Positions 10,065 through 20,882 of a stretch of 32,000 nt of DNA are shown here, in pieces. The stretch is taken from positions 1,020,001-1,052,000 of the forward strand of contig NZ_AP013043.1 in NCBI RefSeq assembly GCF_016592615.1. Reading direction: 5' to 3'. Numbering within the stretch: the stretch's first letter is position 1; each line of letters starts with the position of its first letter. The notes beneath the pieces are model-generated. The model made no database searches and was not told where the DNA came from. It worked only from the letters and a program-made list of their open reading frames with translations. The DNA comes from Isorropodon fossajaponicum endosymbiont JTNG4 (GTDB lineage Bacteria > Pseudomonadota > Gammaproteobacteria > PS1 > Pseudothioglobaceae). A program made the position numbers and the translations under genes.

Positions 10065-10856
10065 GTGGCTATAGATCCTAGTGCAATTATCGACCCTAGT
10101 GCAAAAATTCATAAAAATGCTGAAATATGCGCTTATGTTATTATCGGTGCTAATGTAGAAATTGATTCTGGCACAATTGTTGAAGCACACGCTGTTATTC
10201 AAGGTCCGACTAAAATTGGAAAGAATAACCATATTTATTCTTTCGCCTCAATAGGTGGAGACCCACAAGATATTACTTATGCAGAAGGTCAAGAATCTAG
10301 CTTAATTATTGGCAACGACAATCTCATTCGTGAATTTTGCACCATTAACCGTGGCACCGAAAAAGAAAATTCCATCACTCGAGTGGGTTCTAATAATATG
10401 TTAATGGCTTATGTTCATATTGCTCATGATTGTCAGGTAGGTGATCATATTATTATGTCTAACAACGCCTCTCTTGCAGGTCATGTTAGAATCCATGATT
10501 GGGCAATTTTAGGTGGCTTTACCCTAGTTAAACAATTCTGCATGATTGGCATGCATACCTATGTTGGCATGGGTTGTCAAATCAACAAAGACATTCCTGC
10601 TTATATGGTCGCCTCTGGTGTGCAAACTCAGGTTAGAAGTATTAACGCCGAAGGTATGAGACGACGAGGTTTTAGCCCTAATGCAATTGCCGCTATTAAA
10701 CGCGCCTTTAAAGCTGTTTATCGTGAATCTGGCTTATTGGAGCAATCTCTTAAAGAATTAGAACAATCAGAATCTGGCCATCCAGAAGTGGTTCAATTTG
10801 TTAAATGCATTCGTAGTTCTAAAGTTGGTATTATGCGCGGCCCAACTGAGGAATGA
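10065..10856 (+). CDS. lpxA: acyl-ACP--UDP-N-acetylglucosamine O-acyltransferase
   Basis: Hexapeptide repeats plus a C-terminal helical domain. I place the start at GTG 10065, in frame with the 10014 ORF. AAGGAG at 10053-10058 precedes it, and the resulting 263-aa product beginning 'MAIDPSAIIDPSAKI' parallels E. coli LpxA (262 aa). Confidence 0.88.
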   Translation: MAIDPSAIIDPSAKIHKNAEICAYVIIGANVEIDSGTIVEAHAVIQGPTKIGKNNHIYSFASIGGDPQDITYAEGQESSLIIGNDNLIREFCTINRGTEKENSITRVGSNNMLMAYVHIAHDCQVGDHIIMSNNASLAGHVRIHDWAILGGFTLVKQFCMIGMHTYVGMGCQINKDIPAYMVASGVQTQVRSINAEGMRRRGFSPNAIAAIKRAFKAVYRESGLLEQSLKELEQSESGHPEVVQFVKCIRSSKVGIMRGPTEE

Positions 10857-10873
10857 TATTTTAGAGATGTCCT

Positions 10874-12403
10874 TTGGATAAGTCTTTTTTAAAGTCCAGC
10901 AGCATTATCGCTGCCATGACTTTTCTTTCACGCATACTAGGCTTGGTACGTGATTATTTTATTGCCCGATATTTTGGTGCCAACGGTCTGACTGATGCCT
11001 TTTTAATTGCCTTTAGAATTCCCAATTTTTTTAGGCGTCTATTTGGCGAAGGTGCTTTTTCACAAGCTTTTGTGCCTATCTTAGCTGAGGCTAAAGCCAA
11101 TAATACACAGGCCGAGGTTCAAAATATCATTAACCACATTGGCACAAAATTTCTTTTTGTGTTAATTGTAATCACACTCATTACAGTTATTATTGCGCCC
11201 ATCATCATTTTTATGTTCGCTTGGGGTTTTTACTTTTCACCCGACCCAACGCAATTTAACCTGGCATCAGACATGCTAAGAATCACCTTTCCTTATTTGT
11301 TATTCATCTCTTTAACAGCTTTTTCTGGCGCTATTTTAAATACTTATGATCAGTTTGCAGTGCCTGCATTTACACCAGTTTTACTCAATATTTCTATGAT
11401 TTTGAGTGCCGTATATTTATCTGAATATATGGACACCCCTATTATGGCACTGGCATGGGGGGTGTTTTTTGGTGGCATTGCACAACTTTTATTTCAGATA
11501 CTTTTTTTATTAAAAATAAAAAAACTACCCAAATTAGCACTTGGCGACCATCAAGCAGTCAAGCTCTTAAAAAAACGCATGTTACCTGCTCTATTTGGCG
11601 TATCAGTATCACAAATCAATTTACTAATTGATACTATGATTGCCTCAGTTCTTGTCAGTGGTAGTGTTTCATGGCTATATTATTCAGACAGGCTATTAGA
11701 ACTACCTCTAGCACTTATTGGTATTGCTTTAGCAACAGTGTCTTTAGCCAAACTAAGCCAGCATTTTGCTGATAAAAATGATGAGAAATTTGTACAAACA
11801 ATTAATAATGCTTTAACAATTGGAGTGTTATTGGGGCTACCTGCCTGTGCTGGCTTGGTGTTGCTTGCTGAGCCTCTAATTATCACTTTGTTTCAATACG
11901 ATCAATTTGATGCATTTGCTGCATTACAATCATCATCAAGCCTGATAGCTTATGGTTCAGGATTAATGGCTTTTATTTTTGTTAAGATTTTAGCGCCTAT
12001 TTTTTTATCCAGAGGAGACACCAAAACACCCGTTAAAGTCGGGGTTATTGCTATGATATCTAATGTTTTCTTAAACATTGTTTTAGGTTTTTATTTTGCC
12101 CACGTGGGTCTGGCAATAGCCACTTCTATTTCTGCCTTACTTAATGCCGGCTTGCTCTATTACTATTTAAACAAGCAATCTATCTTCAATGTTTCTAGTA
12201 ACTTATATCAAACTTTTTTTAAAGCCTTGGCTGCAAGCTTTATAATGGCTGTCTTTATTTTGATTTTTGGACCAGAAGTTGAGCTTTATTTTAAAGCTGA
12301 TGTCAGTTCAAGAATAACATTACTTGGCACAACCATTGTGCTTGCAATTATTATATATTTTGCCAGCTTAAAACTGCTAAACATAGGAATGAAAAAACAA
12401 TGA
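10874..12403 (+). CDS. murJ: lipid II flippase MurJ (MviN)
   Basis: 509-aa polytopic membrane protein. '[13 protein letters not shown]' and '[21 protein letters not shown]' are typical of MurJ. TTG start. Confidence 0.85.
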   Translation: MDKSFLKSSSIIAAMTFLSRILGLVRDYFIARYFGANGLTDAFLIAFRIPNFFRRLFGEGAFSQAFVPILAEAKANNTQAEVQNIINHIGTKFLFVLIVITLITVIIAPIIIFMFAWGFYFSPDPTQFNLASDMLRITFPYLLFISLTAFSGAILNTYDQFAVPAFTPVLLNISMILSAVYLSEYMDTPIMALAWGVFFGGIAQLLFQILFLLKIKKLPKLALGDHQAVKLLKKRMLPALFGVSVSQINLLIDTMIASVLVSGSVSWLYYSDRLLELPLALIGIALATVSLAKLSQHFADKNDEKFVQTINNALTIGVLLGLPACAGLVLLAEPLIITLFQYDQFDAFAALQSSSSLIAYGSGLMAFIFVKILAPIFLSRGDTKTPVKVGVIAMISNVFLNIVLGFYFAHVGLAIATSISALLNAGLLYYYLNKQSIFNVSSNLYQTFFKALAASFIMAVFILIFGPEVELYFKADVSSRITLLGTTIVLAIIIYFASLKLLNIGMKKQ

Positions 12404-12669
12404 ATACTGTAAAATGCATTAAATTAGACCAACAACTTGAAGCCTTAGATAGGGCGCCCTATCCTGGTGAATTGGGTCAAAGAATACTAAGCAATGTATC
12501 CAAACAAGGTTGGCAACTCTGGCTTGAGCACCAAACCATGTTAATCAATGAAAACAACTTAAATCTGATGGATTCAAACGCACAAAGTTATCTTAAAGAA
12601 CAAATGGATAAGTTCTTCTTTTCAAAAGAAGGTGCAGATGATATTCAAGGTTACACACCCAGTGAGTAA
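12400..12669 (+). CDS. yggX: Fe(2+)-trafficking protein YggX
   Basis: 89 aa. 'YPGELGQRI' and '[11 protein letters not shown]' match YggX. ATGA overlap with the murJ stop. Confidence 0.8.
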   Translation: MNTVKCIKLDQQLEALDRAPYPGELGQRILSNVSKQGWQLWLEHQTMLINENNLNLMDSNAQSYLKEQMDKFFFSKEGADDIQGYTPSE

Positions 12670-13273
12670 TGGCGTGTTGTTTGTGATTTCCGCCCCTTCA
12701 GGATGCGGAAAAACCTCATTAGTTAAAGCGCTTATTAAAAAAATTGACCATTTGTGTGTTTCAGTTTCACACACCACAAGAGCGACACGCTTAGGCGAAG
12801 TACAGGGCGAGAACTACTTTTTTGTCTCTAAAGATGAATTTAATAAAATAAAAAATAGAAACGGCTTTATCGAATCAGCACAAGTGTTTGATAATGACTA
12901 TGGCAGTGCAAAACAATCAGTTCAAAATTTGTTAAATAATGGCTCTGACGTTATTTTAGAGATTGACTGGCAAGGTTTTAGACAGGTTAAACAAACCTTC
13001 AATCACTCAGTTGGTATTTTTATTCTCCCGCCTTCTCAAGCAGCATTAAAAGAACGTCTAACCAACAGAGGACAAGACAAACAAAGCATTATTGACAGAA
13101 GAATGCATGATGCAGCCAATGAAATGCAACATTTTAATGAATTTGACTATCTGGTTATTAATGATAATTTTGACGTGGCTCTGAATGATTTATCAACCAT
13201 TGTGCAGGCCGAGCGCCTAACGTTAGCACAACAATCAAATAAGCATCGAGATTTGCTTAAAACATTGATATAG
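12632..13273 (+). CDS. gmk: guanylate kinase (start uncertain: ATG 12632 or GTG 12662)
   Basis: P-loop '[10 protein letters not shown]' and 'HTTR..R..E..G..YFFV'. GTG at 12662 would give an N-terminus '[14 protein letters not shown]' closer to other Gmk proteins and only an 8-nt overlap with yggX. Confidence 0.85.
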   Translation: MQMIFKVTHPVSNGVLFVISAPSGCGKTSLVKALIKKIDHLCVSVSHTTRATRLGEVQGENYFFVSKDEFNKIKNRNGFIESAQVFDNDYGSAKQSVQNLLNNGSDVILEIDWQGFRQVKQTFNHSVGIFILPPSQAALKERLTNRGQDKQSIIDRRMHDAANEMQHFNEFDYLVINDNFDVALNDLSTIVQAERLTLAQQSNKHRDLLKTLI

Positions 13274-13281
13274 CCTATAAT
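13253..13281 (+). promoter_or_regulatory. candidate sigma70 promoter for rpoH (TTGCTT-N17-TATAAT)
   Basis: Perfect TATAAT at 13276-13281, with TTGCTT at 13253-13258 at 17-nt spacing, about 40 nt upstream of the rpoH ATG. Sequence match only. Confidence 0.35.
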
Positions 13282-13321
13282 CTCAACCCTTACTAATATT
13301 TATCGTTAGTTATTTAACAAA

Positions 13322-14164
13322 ATGAATCAAGAACTCGCATTATTACCTGCTAAAAAAGCCTCAAGTTTAGAGGTTCAAAAATACCCGCCCATCTTAAGCA
13401 GTGCACAAGAGCATGAGTTAGCCGTTCAATTATATGAAAATCACGATTTAAGCGCGGCCAGAAAATTAGTTTTGTCGCACATGCGTTTTGTCGCCTTTAT
13501 TGCCCATGGTTACAAAGGCTATGGTCTTGAACAGGCCGATCTTGTGCAAGAAGGCACCATTGGGTTAATGAAGGCGGTTAAGCGTTTTAATCCAAATAGA
13601 AATGTACGCCTTGCCTCATTCGCGGTGTATTGGATTCGTGCGGAAATTCACGAATTTATTTTCAAGAATTGGAAAATCGTTAAAGTTGCCACAACCAAAG
13701 CGCAACGCAAATTATTTTTCAAACTTAAACAAGCCAAAGCGCATATTTATAGCTCATTGAACGAAGAGCAGGCGGATAAAATTGCCAACGATTTGGGCGT
13801 GCGTCGTAAGGATGTATTGGAGATGGAATCTCGCTTGCAATTCAACGACGTAACGTTTGAAGTATCTGATAATGAAGATTCTCACGCACCAGAACAATAC
13901 TTAACCAATGAAAACGTCCAAACACCTGAGCAATTATTACTAATAGACGATTCAAAACAGAACCAGCAGCAGCAACTTTACAAAGCCTTATCATCCTTAG
14001 ATGAAAGAAGTTTAGATATTTTACAATCTAGATACTTGAAAGAAGAAAAAACAACCCTACATACTTTAGCAGACAAGTATCGCATTTCAAAAGAAAGAGT
14101 GCGCCAACTTGAAACTAAAGCCATGCAAAAGCTTAAATCAAACTTACAAGAGCAAACTCTTTAA
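13322..14164 (+). CDS. rpoH: RNA polymerase sigma-32 (heat-shock sigma factor)
   Basis: RpoH-box-like 'QRKLFFKLKQ', region 2 'DLVQEGTIGLMKAVKRF' and region 4.2 'ISKERVRQLE'. 280 aa. Confidence 0.9.
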   Translation: MNQELALLPAKKASSLEVQKYPPILSSAQEHELAVQLYENHDLSAARKLVLSHMRFVAFIAHGYKGYGLEQADLVQEGTIGLMKAVKRFNPNRNVRLASFAVYWIRAEIHEFIFKNWKIVKVATTKAQRKLFFKLKQAKAHIYSSLNEEQADKIANDLGVRRKDVLEMESRLQFNDVTFEVSDNEDSHAPEQYLTNENVQTPEQLLLIDDSKQNQQQQLYKALSSLDERSLDILQSRYLKEEKTTLHTLADKYRISKERVRQLETKAMQKLKSNLQEQTL

Positions 14165-14226
14165 AGACTGACTTAAGCTTAAGGTATTAGCTTAAAAATT
14201 AATTATTTATTAACTAGGAGAAAAAA

Positions 14227-14514
14227 ATGAATATTCGACCCCTTCACGATCGTGTGATCGTTCGTAGAACACAAGAGGAAAAAACCACTGAAAGTGGATT
14301 AATTATCCCAGATTCAGCTACAGAAAAACCTTCAAAGGGTGAAATTTTGGCAGTTGGTCATGGCAGAATTAACGACAATGATGATGTTATTGCATTGGAC
14401 GTTAAAATTGGAGACCAAGTATTATTTGGACAATATGCGGGTAATAAAATTAAAGTAGATGGCGAAACATTGCTAGTGATGCGTGAAGACGACATTGTTG
14501 CAGTTATTGAATAA
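14227..14514 (+). CDS. groES: co-chaperonin GroES
   Basis: '[14 protein letters not shown]' with a GGAG Shine-Dalgarno upstream. 95 aa. Confidence 0.95.
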   Translation: MNIRPLHDRVIVRRTQEEKTTESGLIIPDSATEKPSKGEILAVGHGRINDNDDVIALDVKIGDQVLFGQYAGNKIKVDGETLLVMREDDIVAVIE

Positions 14515-16164
<1,650 letters not shown>

Positions 16165-16186
16165 CCGTCATATTATTCAAGTAAAT

Positions 16187-16215
16187 AAAAAGCTCCATTT
16201 TATGGAGCTTTTTTT
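16187..16215 (+). terminator. rho-independent terminator after groEL
   Basis: Stem AGCTCCAT (16191-16198), loop TTT, stem ATGGAGCT (16202-16209), then a T6 run. An A-run precedes it. Confidence 0.8.
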
Positions 16216-16365
16216 GGTATGATACTTGCCAAATTATCACACTCAAACATTAAGACCACTGCATTAGCCCAGCATAACCCATGAAACATCACCCTTCTCA
16301 CCCAAAAACTCGTCAAATAGCAATCTATTCTCCTTATTTTTGCATAGGTAATGCATAGCCTCATC

Positions 16366-18249
16366 ATGAGTAACTACGATTCATCCTCTATTGAGGTTTT
16401 AACAGGCCTTGAACCAGTGCGCAAACGCCCAGGAATGTACACTGAAACTGAGCGCCCAAACCACCTTGCCCAAGAAGTTATTGATAATAGTGTTGATGAA
16501 GCAATTGCAGGATATGCTTCTAAAATTAGCGTTGTTTTATACAAAGATGGTTCTTTATCCGTTGAAGATAATGGTCGAGGTATGCCTGTAGATATTCACC
16601 CTAAGGAGGGCAAGTCAGGTGTTGAGGTTATTTTAACTAAACTCCATGCAGGCGGAAAATTTTCAAATGATGCATACCAATTTTCAGGCGGTTTACATGG
16701 TGTTGGTATTTCAGTGGTTAATGCCCTATCTACCTTGGTAGAAATTTGGATTAAAAGGGATGCTAAAGAATATTACATCACTTTTTCAAATGGTTTTAAA
16801 CAAACAGAACTTGAAATAACTCGCAGTATTGGCAAGCGAAACACAGGTACTATTGTTAAATTCAAACCCGATGCACAGTTTTTTGACACCATTAAATTTT
16901 CTGCAAGCAGACTACGCCATAACTTACGCTCTAAAGCGATTTTATGCCCAAGTTTGGAAGTTAATTTTTATAATGAAGTAGATGAAACAACAGATAAATG
17001 GGTTTACAAAGAAGGCTTAAAAGATTATCTATCTATATCTTTAGATGGCTTAGATTGCCTACCACCCACCCCCTTTATTACTGATTACAAAACTGACGAA
17101 CAACAACTTAATTGTTCGCTCGCATGGACGCAATACAACACCAATATTGTGGCTGAAAGCTATGTTAATCTCATTCCAACCATTGGTGGTGGCACACATG
17201 TTAATGGGTTAAGGTCAGGACTTACTGAAGCCTTAAAAGAATTTTGCGAATTTAGAAATTTAATTCCCAAAAACATCAAACTCACGCCTGATGATATCTG
17301 GCAAAAAATTGCTTATGTATTATCCATCAAAATATTAGATCCGCAATTTTCTGGACAAACCAAAGAAAGACTTTCCTCTAGAGAGTGTGCTAGTTTTGTT
17401 GCCAATGTTGTTAAAGATGCCTTTAGTCTTTGGCTAAATCAGCATACCAGCATTGCAGAGCAAATTGCTCAATTGGCTATTGTCAATGCACAGGCAAGAC
17501 TTAAAACCAACAAAAAAGTCATTCGCAAGAAAATAGTTAGCGGTCCTGCCCTGCCTGGAAAATTATCAGATTGTACTAGCACTGATCTTAATCAAACAGA
17601 AGTATTTTTAGTTGAAGGTGACTCTGCAGGTGGTTCTGCCAAACAGGCAAGAGACAAAGAGTATCAGGCCATTTTGCCACTACGCGGTAAAATTTTAAAC
17701 ACTTGGGAGGTTGATTCTGATCAAGTATTGGCCAGTAACGAAATTCATGATATCAGCATTGCCATTGGTCTTGAACCTAATAGTGAAGACTTATCTGGCT
17801 TAAGATATGGCAAAATTTGTATTCTTGCCGATGCCGATTCAGATGGCGCACATATTGCCACGCTCATTTGCACTTTATTCGTAAAACACTTCCCAAAACT
17901 TATTAAAGAAGGTCATATATTTGTTGCAATGCCACCTTTATATCGTGTGGACGCAGGAAAACAAGTTCACTACGCTCTTGATGACAATGAACGAGACGCC
18001 ATTATTAGAAAAATAGAAAGTGAAAACAAGCGTGTTAAAATTCAAGTTCAGCGCTTTAAAGGTTTGGGTGAAATGAACCCTTCTCAACTAAGAGAAACCA
18101 CCATGTTGCCTGATACTAGGCGCTTAATTCAACTCACATTAGATGATCCACTGCAAGTTTTTCAAACCATGGATATGTTGTTAAGCAAAAAACGCGCAGC
18201 TGATCGAAAAAAATGGTTAGAAGAAAAGGGCAATTTAGCCAATGTCTAG
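16366..18249 (+). CDS. parE: DNA topoisomerase IV subunit B (start ATG 16366 preferred over 16351)
   Basis: 'YDSSSIEVLTGLEPVRKRPGMY', GHKL ATPase motifs, Toprim 'EVFLVEGDSAGGSA' and 'PLRGKILN'. At about 627 aa it lacks the large insertion found in Gram-negative GyrB. Confidence 0.8.
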   Translation: MSNYDSSSIEVLTGLEPVRKRPGMYTETERPNHLAQEVIDNSVDEAIAGYASKISVVLYKDGSLSVEDNGRGMPVDIHPKEGKSGVEVILTKLHAGGKFSNDAYQFSGGLHGVGISVVNALSTLVEIWIKRDAKEYYITFSNGFKQTELEITRSIGKRNTGTIVKFKPDAQFFDTIKFSASRLRHNLRSKAILCPSLEVNFYNEVDETTDKWVYKEGLKDYLSISLDGLDCLPPTPFITDYKTDEQQLNCSLAWTQYNTNIVAESYVNLIPTIGGGTHVNGLRSGLTEALKEFCEFRNLIPKNIKLTPDDIWQKIAYVLSIKILDPQFSGQTKERLSSRECASFVANVVKDAFSLWLNQHTSIAEQIAQLAIVNAQARLKTNKKVIRKKIVSGPALPGKLSDCTSTDLNQTEVFLVEGDSAGGSAKQARDKEYQAILPLRGKILNTWEVDSDQVLASNEIHDISIAIGLEPNSEDLSGLRYGKICILADADSDGAHIATLICTLFVKHFPKLIKEGHIFVAMPPLYRVDAGKQVHYALDDNERDAIIRKIESENKRVKIQVQRFKGLGEMNPSQLRETTMLPDTRRLIQLTLDDPLQVFQTMDMLLSKKRAADRKKWLEEKGNLANV

Positions 18250-18934
18250 CACTAACAATGATACCAAAGCAGTAATTCTTTCATCTGGCGGGTTAGATTC
18301 CACCACGACTTTAGCCATTGCTAAATTAAAAGGTTTCGAGTGTTACAGTCTTAGTTTTGATTACGGGCAAAAGCAAAAATCAGAGCTAAAATCTGCAAAA
18401 AATATTGCTAAAATTTTTGCCACCAGCGAACATAGAGTTATGAAAATATCCTTATCTGATATTGGCGGATCCGCCTTAACAGATGATAATATTGACGTAC
18501 CAAGATTTTCTCAAAGCGATGACATTCCGATCACTTACGTACCTGCTCGCAATACCATTTTTTTATCCTATGCACTGGCATGGTCAGAGGTATTAGACTG
18601 TCAGCATGTATTTATTGGTGTTAATGCACTGGATTACTCAGGTTACCCCGATTGTAGAGAGGCTTATATCAAAGCATTTGAAGTAATGGCCAATCTTGCC
18701 ACTAAACAAGGTGTTGAAGGAAAAAAGCTAACCATTCATACGCCACTAATTCATTTAAATAAAGCACAAATTATCAAAAAAGGACTTTCTCTTGGCATTG
18801 ACTATTCACTAACAACAACGTGTTATCAGGCAGATAAAAACGGAAAAGCTTGCGGCATTTGTGATGCGTGTGAATATAGAAAATTAGGCTTTAAAGAGGC
18901 AAAAGTAGCAGACCCAACTCGATATCAAATCTAG
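18242..18934 (+). CDS. queC: 7-cyano-7-deazaguanine synthase
   Basis: PP-loop 'LSSGGLDS' and C-terminal zinc motif 'CGICDACEYR'. It overlaps the parE stop by 8 nt. Confidence 0.9.
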   Translation: MSSTNNDTKAVILSSGGLDSTTTLAIAKLKGFECYSLSFDYGQKQKSELKSAKNIAKIFATSEHRVMKISLSDIGGSALTDDNIDVPRFSQSDDIPITYVPARNTIFLSYALAWSEVLDCQHVFIGVNALDYSGYPDCREAYIKAFEVMANLATKQGVEGKKLTIHTPLIHLNKAQIIKKGLSLGIDYSLTTTCYQADKNGKACGICDACEYRKLGFKEAKVADPTRYQI

Positions 18935-18994
18935 AGCTATTTATATAGAACACTTTAATAAAAAAAATTAAATTTAGTCTTGTATAACCTCTTT

Positions 18995-19021
18995 TTGACG
19001 ATAAAATAATGGTTTTAAAAT
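18995..19021 (+). promoter_or_regulatory. candidate sigma70 promoter for acpP (TTGACG ... TAAAAT)
   Basis: TTGACG at 18995-19000 and TAAAAT at 19016-19021. The spacing is only 15 nt, which is suboptimal. AGGA Shine-Dalgarno at 19027-19030. Weak, sequence-only call. Confidence 0.25.
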
Positions 19022-19038
19022 AGTTAAGGAAATGGCAA

Positions 19039-19266
19039 ATGAGTTTTGAGCAAAGAGTAAAAAAAGTTGTAGCTGAACAATTAGACGTAAGCGGTGATGT
19101 TGATAACAACGCTTCTTTTATTGATGATTTAGGTGCAGATTCTTTGGATACTGTTGAATTGGTCATGTCTCTTGAAGAAGAATTTGACTGTGAAATCCCT
19201 GACGATCAAGCCGAAAACATTACCACAGTGCAACAAGCAATTGACTACGTTAACAATAATTTGTAA
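19039..19266 (+). CDS. acpP: acyl carrier protein
   Basis: 75 aa with the phosphopantetheine-attachment motif '[14 protein letters not shown]'. Confidence 0.95.
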   Translation: MSFEQRVKKVVAEQLDVSGDVDNNASFIDDLGADSLDTVELVMSLEEEFDCEIPDDQAENITTVQQAIDYVNNNL

Positions 19267-19294
19267 TTTCCGTTTATCAACTTAATACAAAAAA

Positions 19295-19327
19295 GGCGCT
19301 TAATTCAAAGAATTAAGCGCCTTTTTT
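19295..19327 (+). terminator. rho-independent terminator between acpP and fabF
   Basis: Perfect 12-bp stem GGCGCTTAATTC (19295-19306), loop AAA, stem GAATTAAGCGCC (19310-19321), then T6. A-runs upstream could make it bidirectional. Confidence 0.85.
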
Positions 19328-19347
19328 GTATTAAATTTTAAAACATT

Positions 19348-20586
19348 ATGAGTGAAAGAAGGGTTGTTATTACAGGTATGGGTATGGTTTGCCCAGTAGG
19401 TTTAAGTGTAGGTGAATCTTGGGATAATATTCTTAAAGGTCATTCCGGCATTGCCTCACTCACTAATATTGATACTAAAGGTCAATCAGTCACATTTGGC
19501 GGCTCGGTTAAAGGTTTTGAAATTACTGACTACTTAAGACCTAAAGATGCCAAAAAAATGGACACTTTTATCCATTACGGCATGGCCGCTGGTATTCAAG
19601 CTATTGAAGACAGTGGCATTAAAGTCACTGAGCAAAATGCCCACCGCATCGGTGTTGCCATCGGTGCTGGCATTGGTGGTCTTGGCACAATTGAAAAAAC
19701 TGCAGATTTATTCAGAGAAAAGGGTGCAAAGCGCATTTCACCTTTTTTTGTCCCCTCTTCAATTATCAACATGATTTCAGGCAATCTTTCTATTAAATAT
19801 GGACTAAAAGGTCCTAATTTTGCTATCACTACTGCTTGCACTACAGGCACCCACAACATTGGTACTGCTTCTCGTTTGATTGAATATGGCGATGCTGATG
19901 TAATGATTGCTGGTGGTGCTGAAATGTCAACCACCAACTGTGGTTTAGGTGGTTTTGCCGCGGCTCGTGCATTATCCACTCGTAATGACGACCCAGCAAG
20001 CGCTTCTCGCCCTTGGGATAAAGACAGAGATGGTTTTGTGCTTGGCGACGGTGCAGGTGTTGTGGTATTAGAAGAATTTGAACACGCCAAAGCACGTGGT
20101 GCAAAAATTTATGCGCAAGTTTCAGGCTATGGCATGAGTGGTGATGCTTATCACATGACACTACCCTCAAAAGGCGGAAAAGGTGCAGCCAGAAGCATGC
20201 AAAATGCGCTAAGAAACTCAGGTATTAACCCTGATCAAATTGATTATATTAATGCACATGGTACTTCCACGCCATCGGGTGATCAGGCAGAAACAGATGC
20301 TACTAAATTAGCCTTTGGCAAGCACGCTTATAACATTGTCATGAGTTCAACCAAATCTATGACTGGTCACTTATTAGGTGCTGCTGGTGGCATTGAAGCC
20401 ATCTTTACTGCGCTTGCCATTCAAAACCAAGTTGCACCACCAACCATTAACATCATCAATCAAGACCCAAATTGTGATTTAGATTATTGCGCTAATGAAG
20501 CACGAGAAATGACCATCAATCATGCCATTTCTAACTCATTTGGATTTGGTGGTACCAATGGCTCAATTGTACTCAGCAAAATTTAA
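19348..20586 (+). CDS. fabF: 3-oxoacyl-ACP synthase II
   Basis: Active-site 'TACTTG', 'NAHGTSTP', 'GHLLGAAG' and 'NSFGFGGTN'. 412 aa, downstream of acpP. Confidence 0.88.
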   Translation: MSERRVVITGMGMVCPVGLSVGESWDNILKGHSGIASLTNIDTKGQSVTFGGSVKGFEITDYLRPKDAKKMDTFIHYGMAAGIQAIEDSGIKVTEQNAHRIGVAIGAGIGGLGTIEKTADLFREKGAKRISPFFVPSSIINMISGNLSIKYGLKGPNFAITTACTTGTHNIGTASRLIEYGDADVMIAGGAEMSTTNCGLGGFAAARALSTRNDDPASASRPWDKDRDGFVLGDGAGVVVLEEFEHAKARGAKIYAQVSGYGMSGDAYHMTLPSKGGKGAARSMQNALRNSGINPDQIDYINAHGTSTPSGDQAETDATKLAFGKHAYNIVMSSTKSMTGHLLGAAGGIEAIFTALAIQNQVAPPTINIINQDPNCDLDYCANEAREMTINHAISNSFGFGGTNGSIVLSKI

Positions 20587-20601
20587 CAGCCTTCACAAAA
20601 A

Positions 20602-20622
20602 ACCTCCGTATTAACGAAGGTT
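20602..20622. terminator. weak hairpin between convergent fabF and the small membrane-protein gene
   Basis: ACCTCCG (20602-20608), 6-nt loop, CGAAGGT (20615-20621). Six of seven pairs form, flanked by an A-run and TTT. This is marginal as a terminator. Confidence 0.3.
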
Positions 20623-20861
20623 TAAAAATTACTTGCAAGTGTTACTTGCTTTGTTGTTGTTAAGTCAACACCTTTGATTTTATCAGCATCAGAAATTAAC
20701 GCCTCAATAAACTCATAGATTGCAATGACACCGTTTTGAATACTATTAAGTGCAACCTCCTTATTCATAACCAAAGACCAGCTTTCATCAGTTGCAACAA
20801 ACTGTACAACACCACCAATCAATGCCAAAATAATAATAATACTGAGAATAAATTTAATCAT
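20622..20861 (-). CDS. small membrane-anchored hypothetical protein
   Basis: 79 aa with an N-terminal hydrophobic segment, MIKFILSIIIILALIGGVVQFV. No family recognised. It sits 21 nt downstream of prlC on the same strand. Confidence 0.5.
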   Translation of the reverse strand: MIKFILSIIIILALIGGVVQFVATDESWSLVMNKEVALNSIQNGVIAIYEFIEALISDADKIKGVDLTTTKQVTLASNF

Positions 20862-20882
20862 GTTTTTCCTTAATTAAGTATA

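Noticed and set aside
14165-14226. A canonical sigma-32 promoter in front of groES.
   Set aside because: Only a -35-like CTTAAAA is present, and no CCCCATnT-like -10 element follows at the right distance. I did not annotate it as a feature.
16200-16289. 29-codon minus-strand ORF (MFHGLCWANAVVLMFECDNLASIIPKKAP) in the groEL-parE spacer.
   Set aside because: It is short, lacks a properly spaced Shine-Dalgarno site, ends inside the groEL terminator hairpin and has no recognisable features. It is probably chance.
19547-20170. ORFs overlapping fabF (19547-19774 +, 19596-20090 -, 19841-20170 -).
   Set aside because: They are alternative-frame or antisense shadows inside a full-length, motif-complete fabF. 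They have no start context and no recognisable domains.
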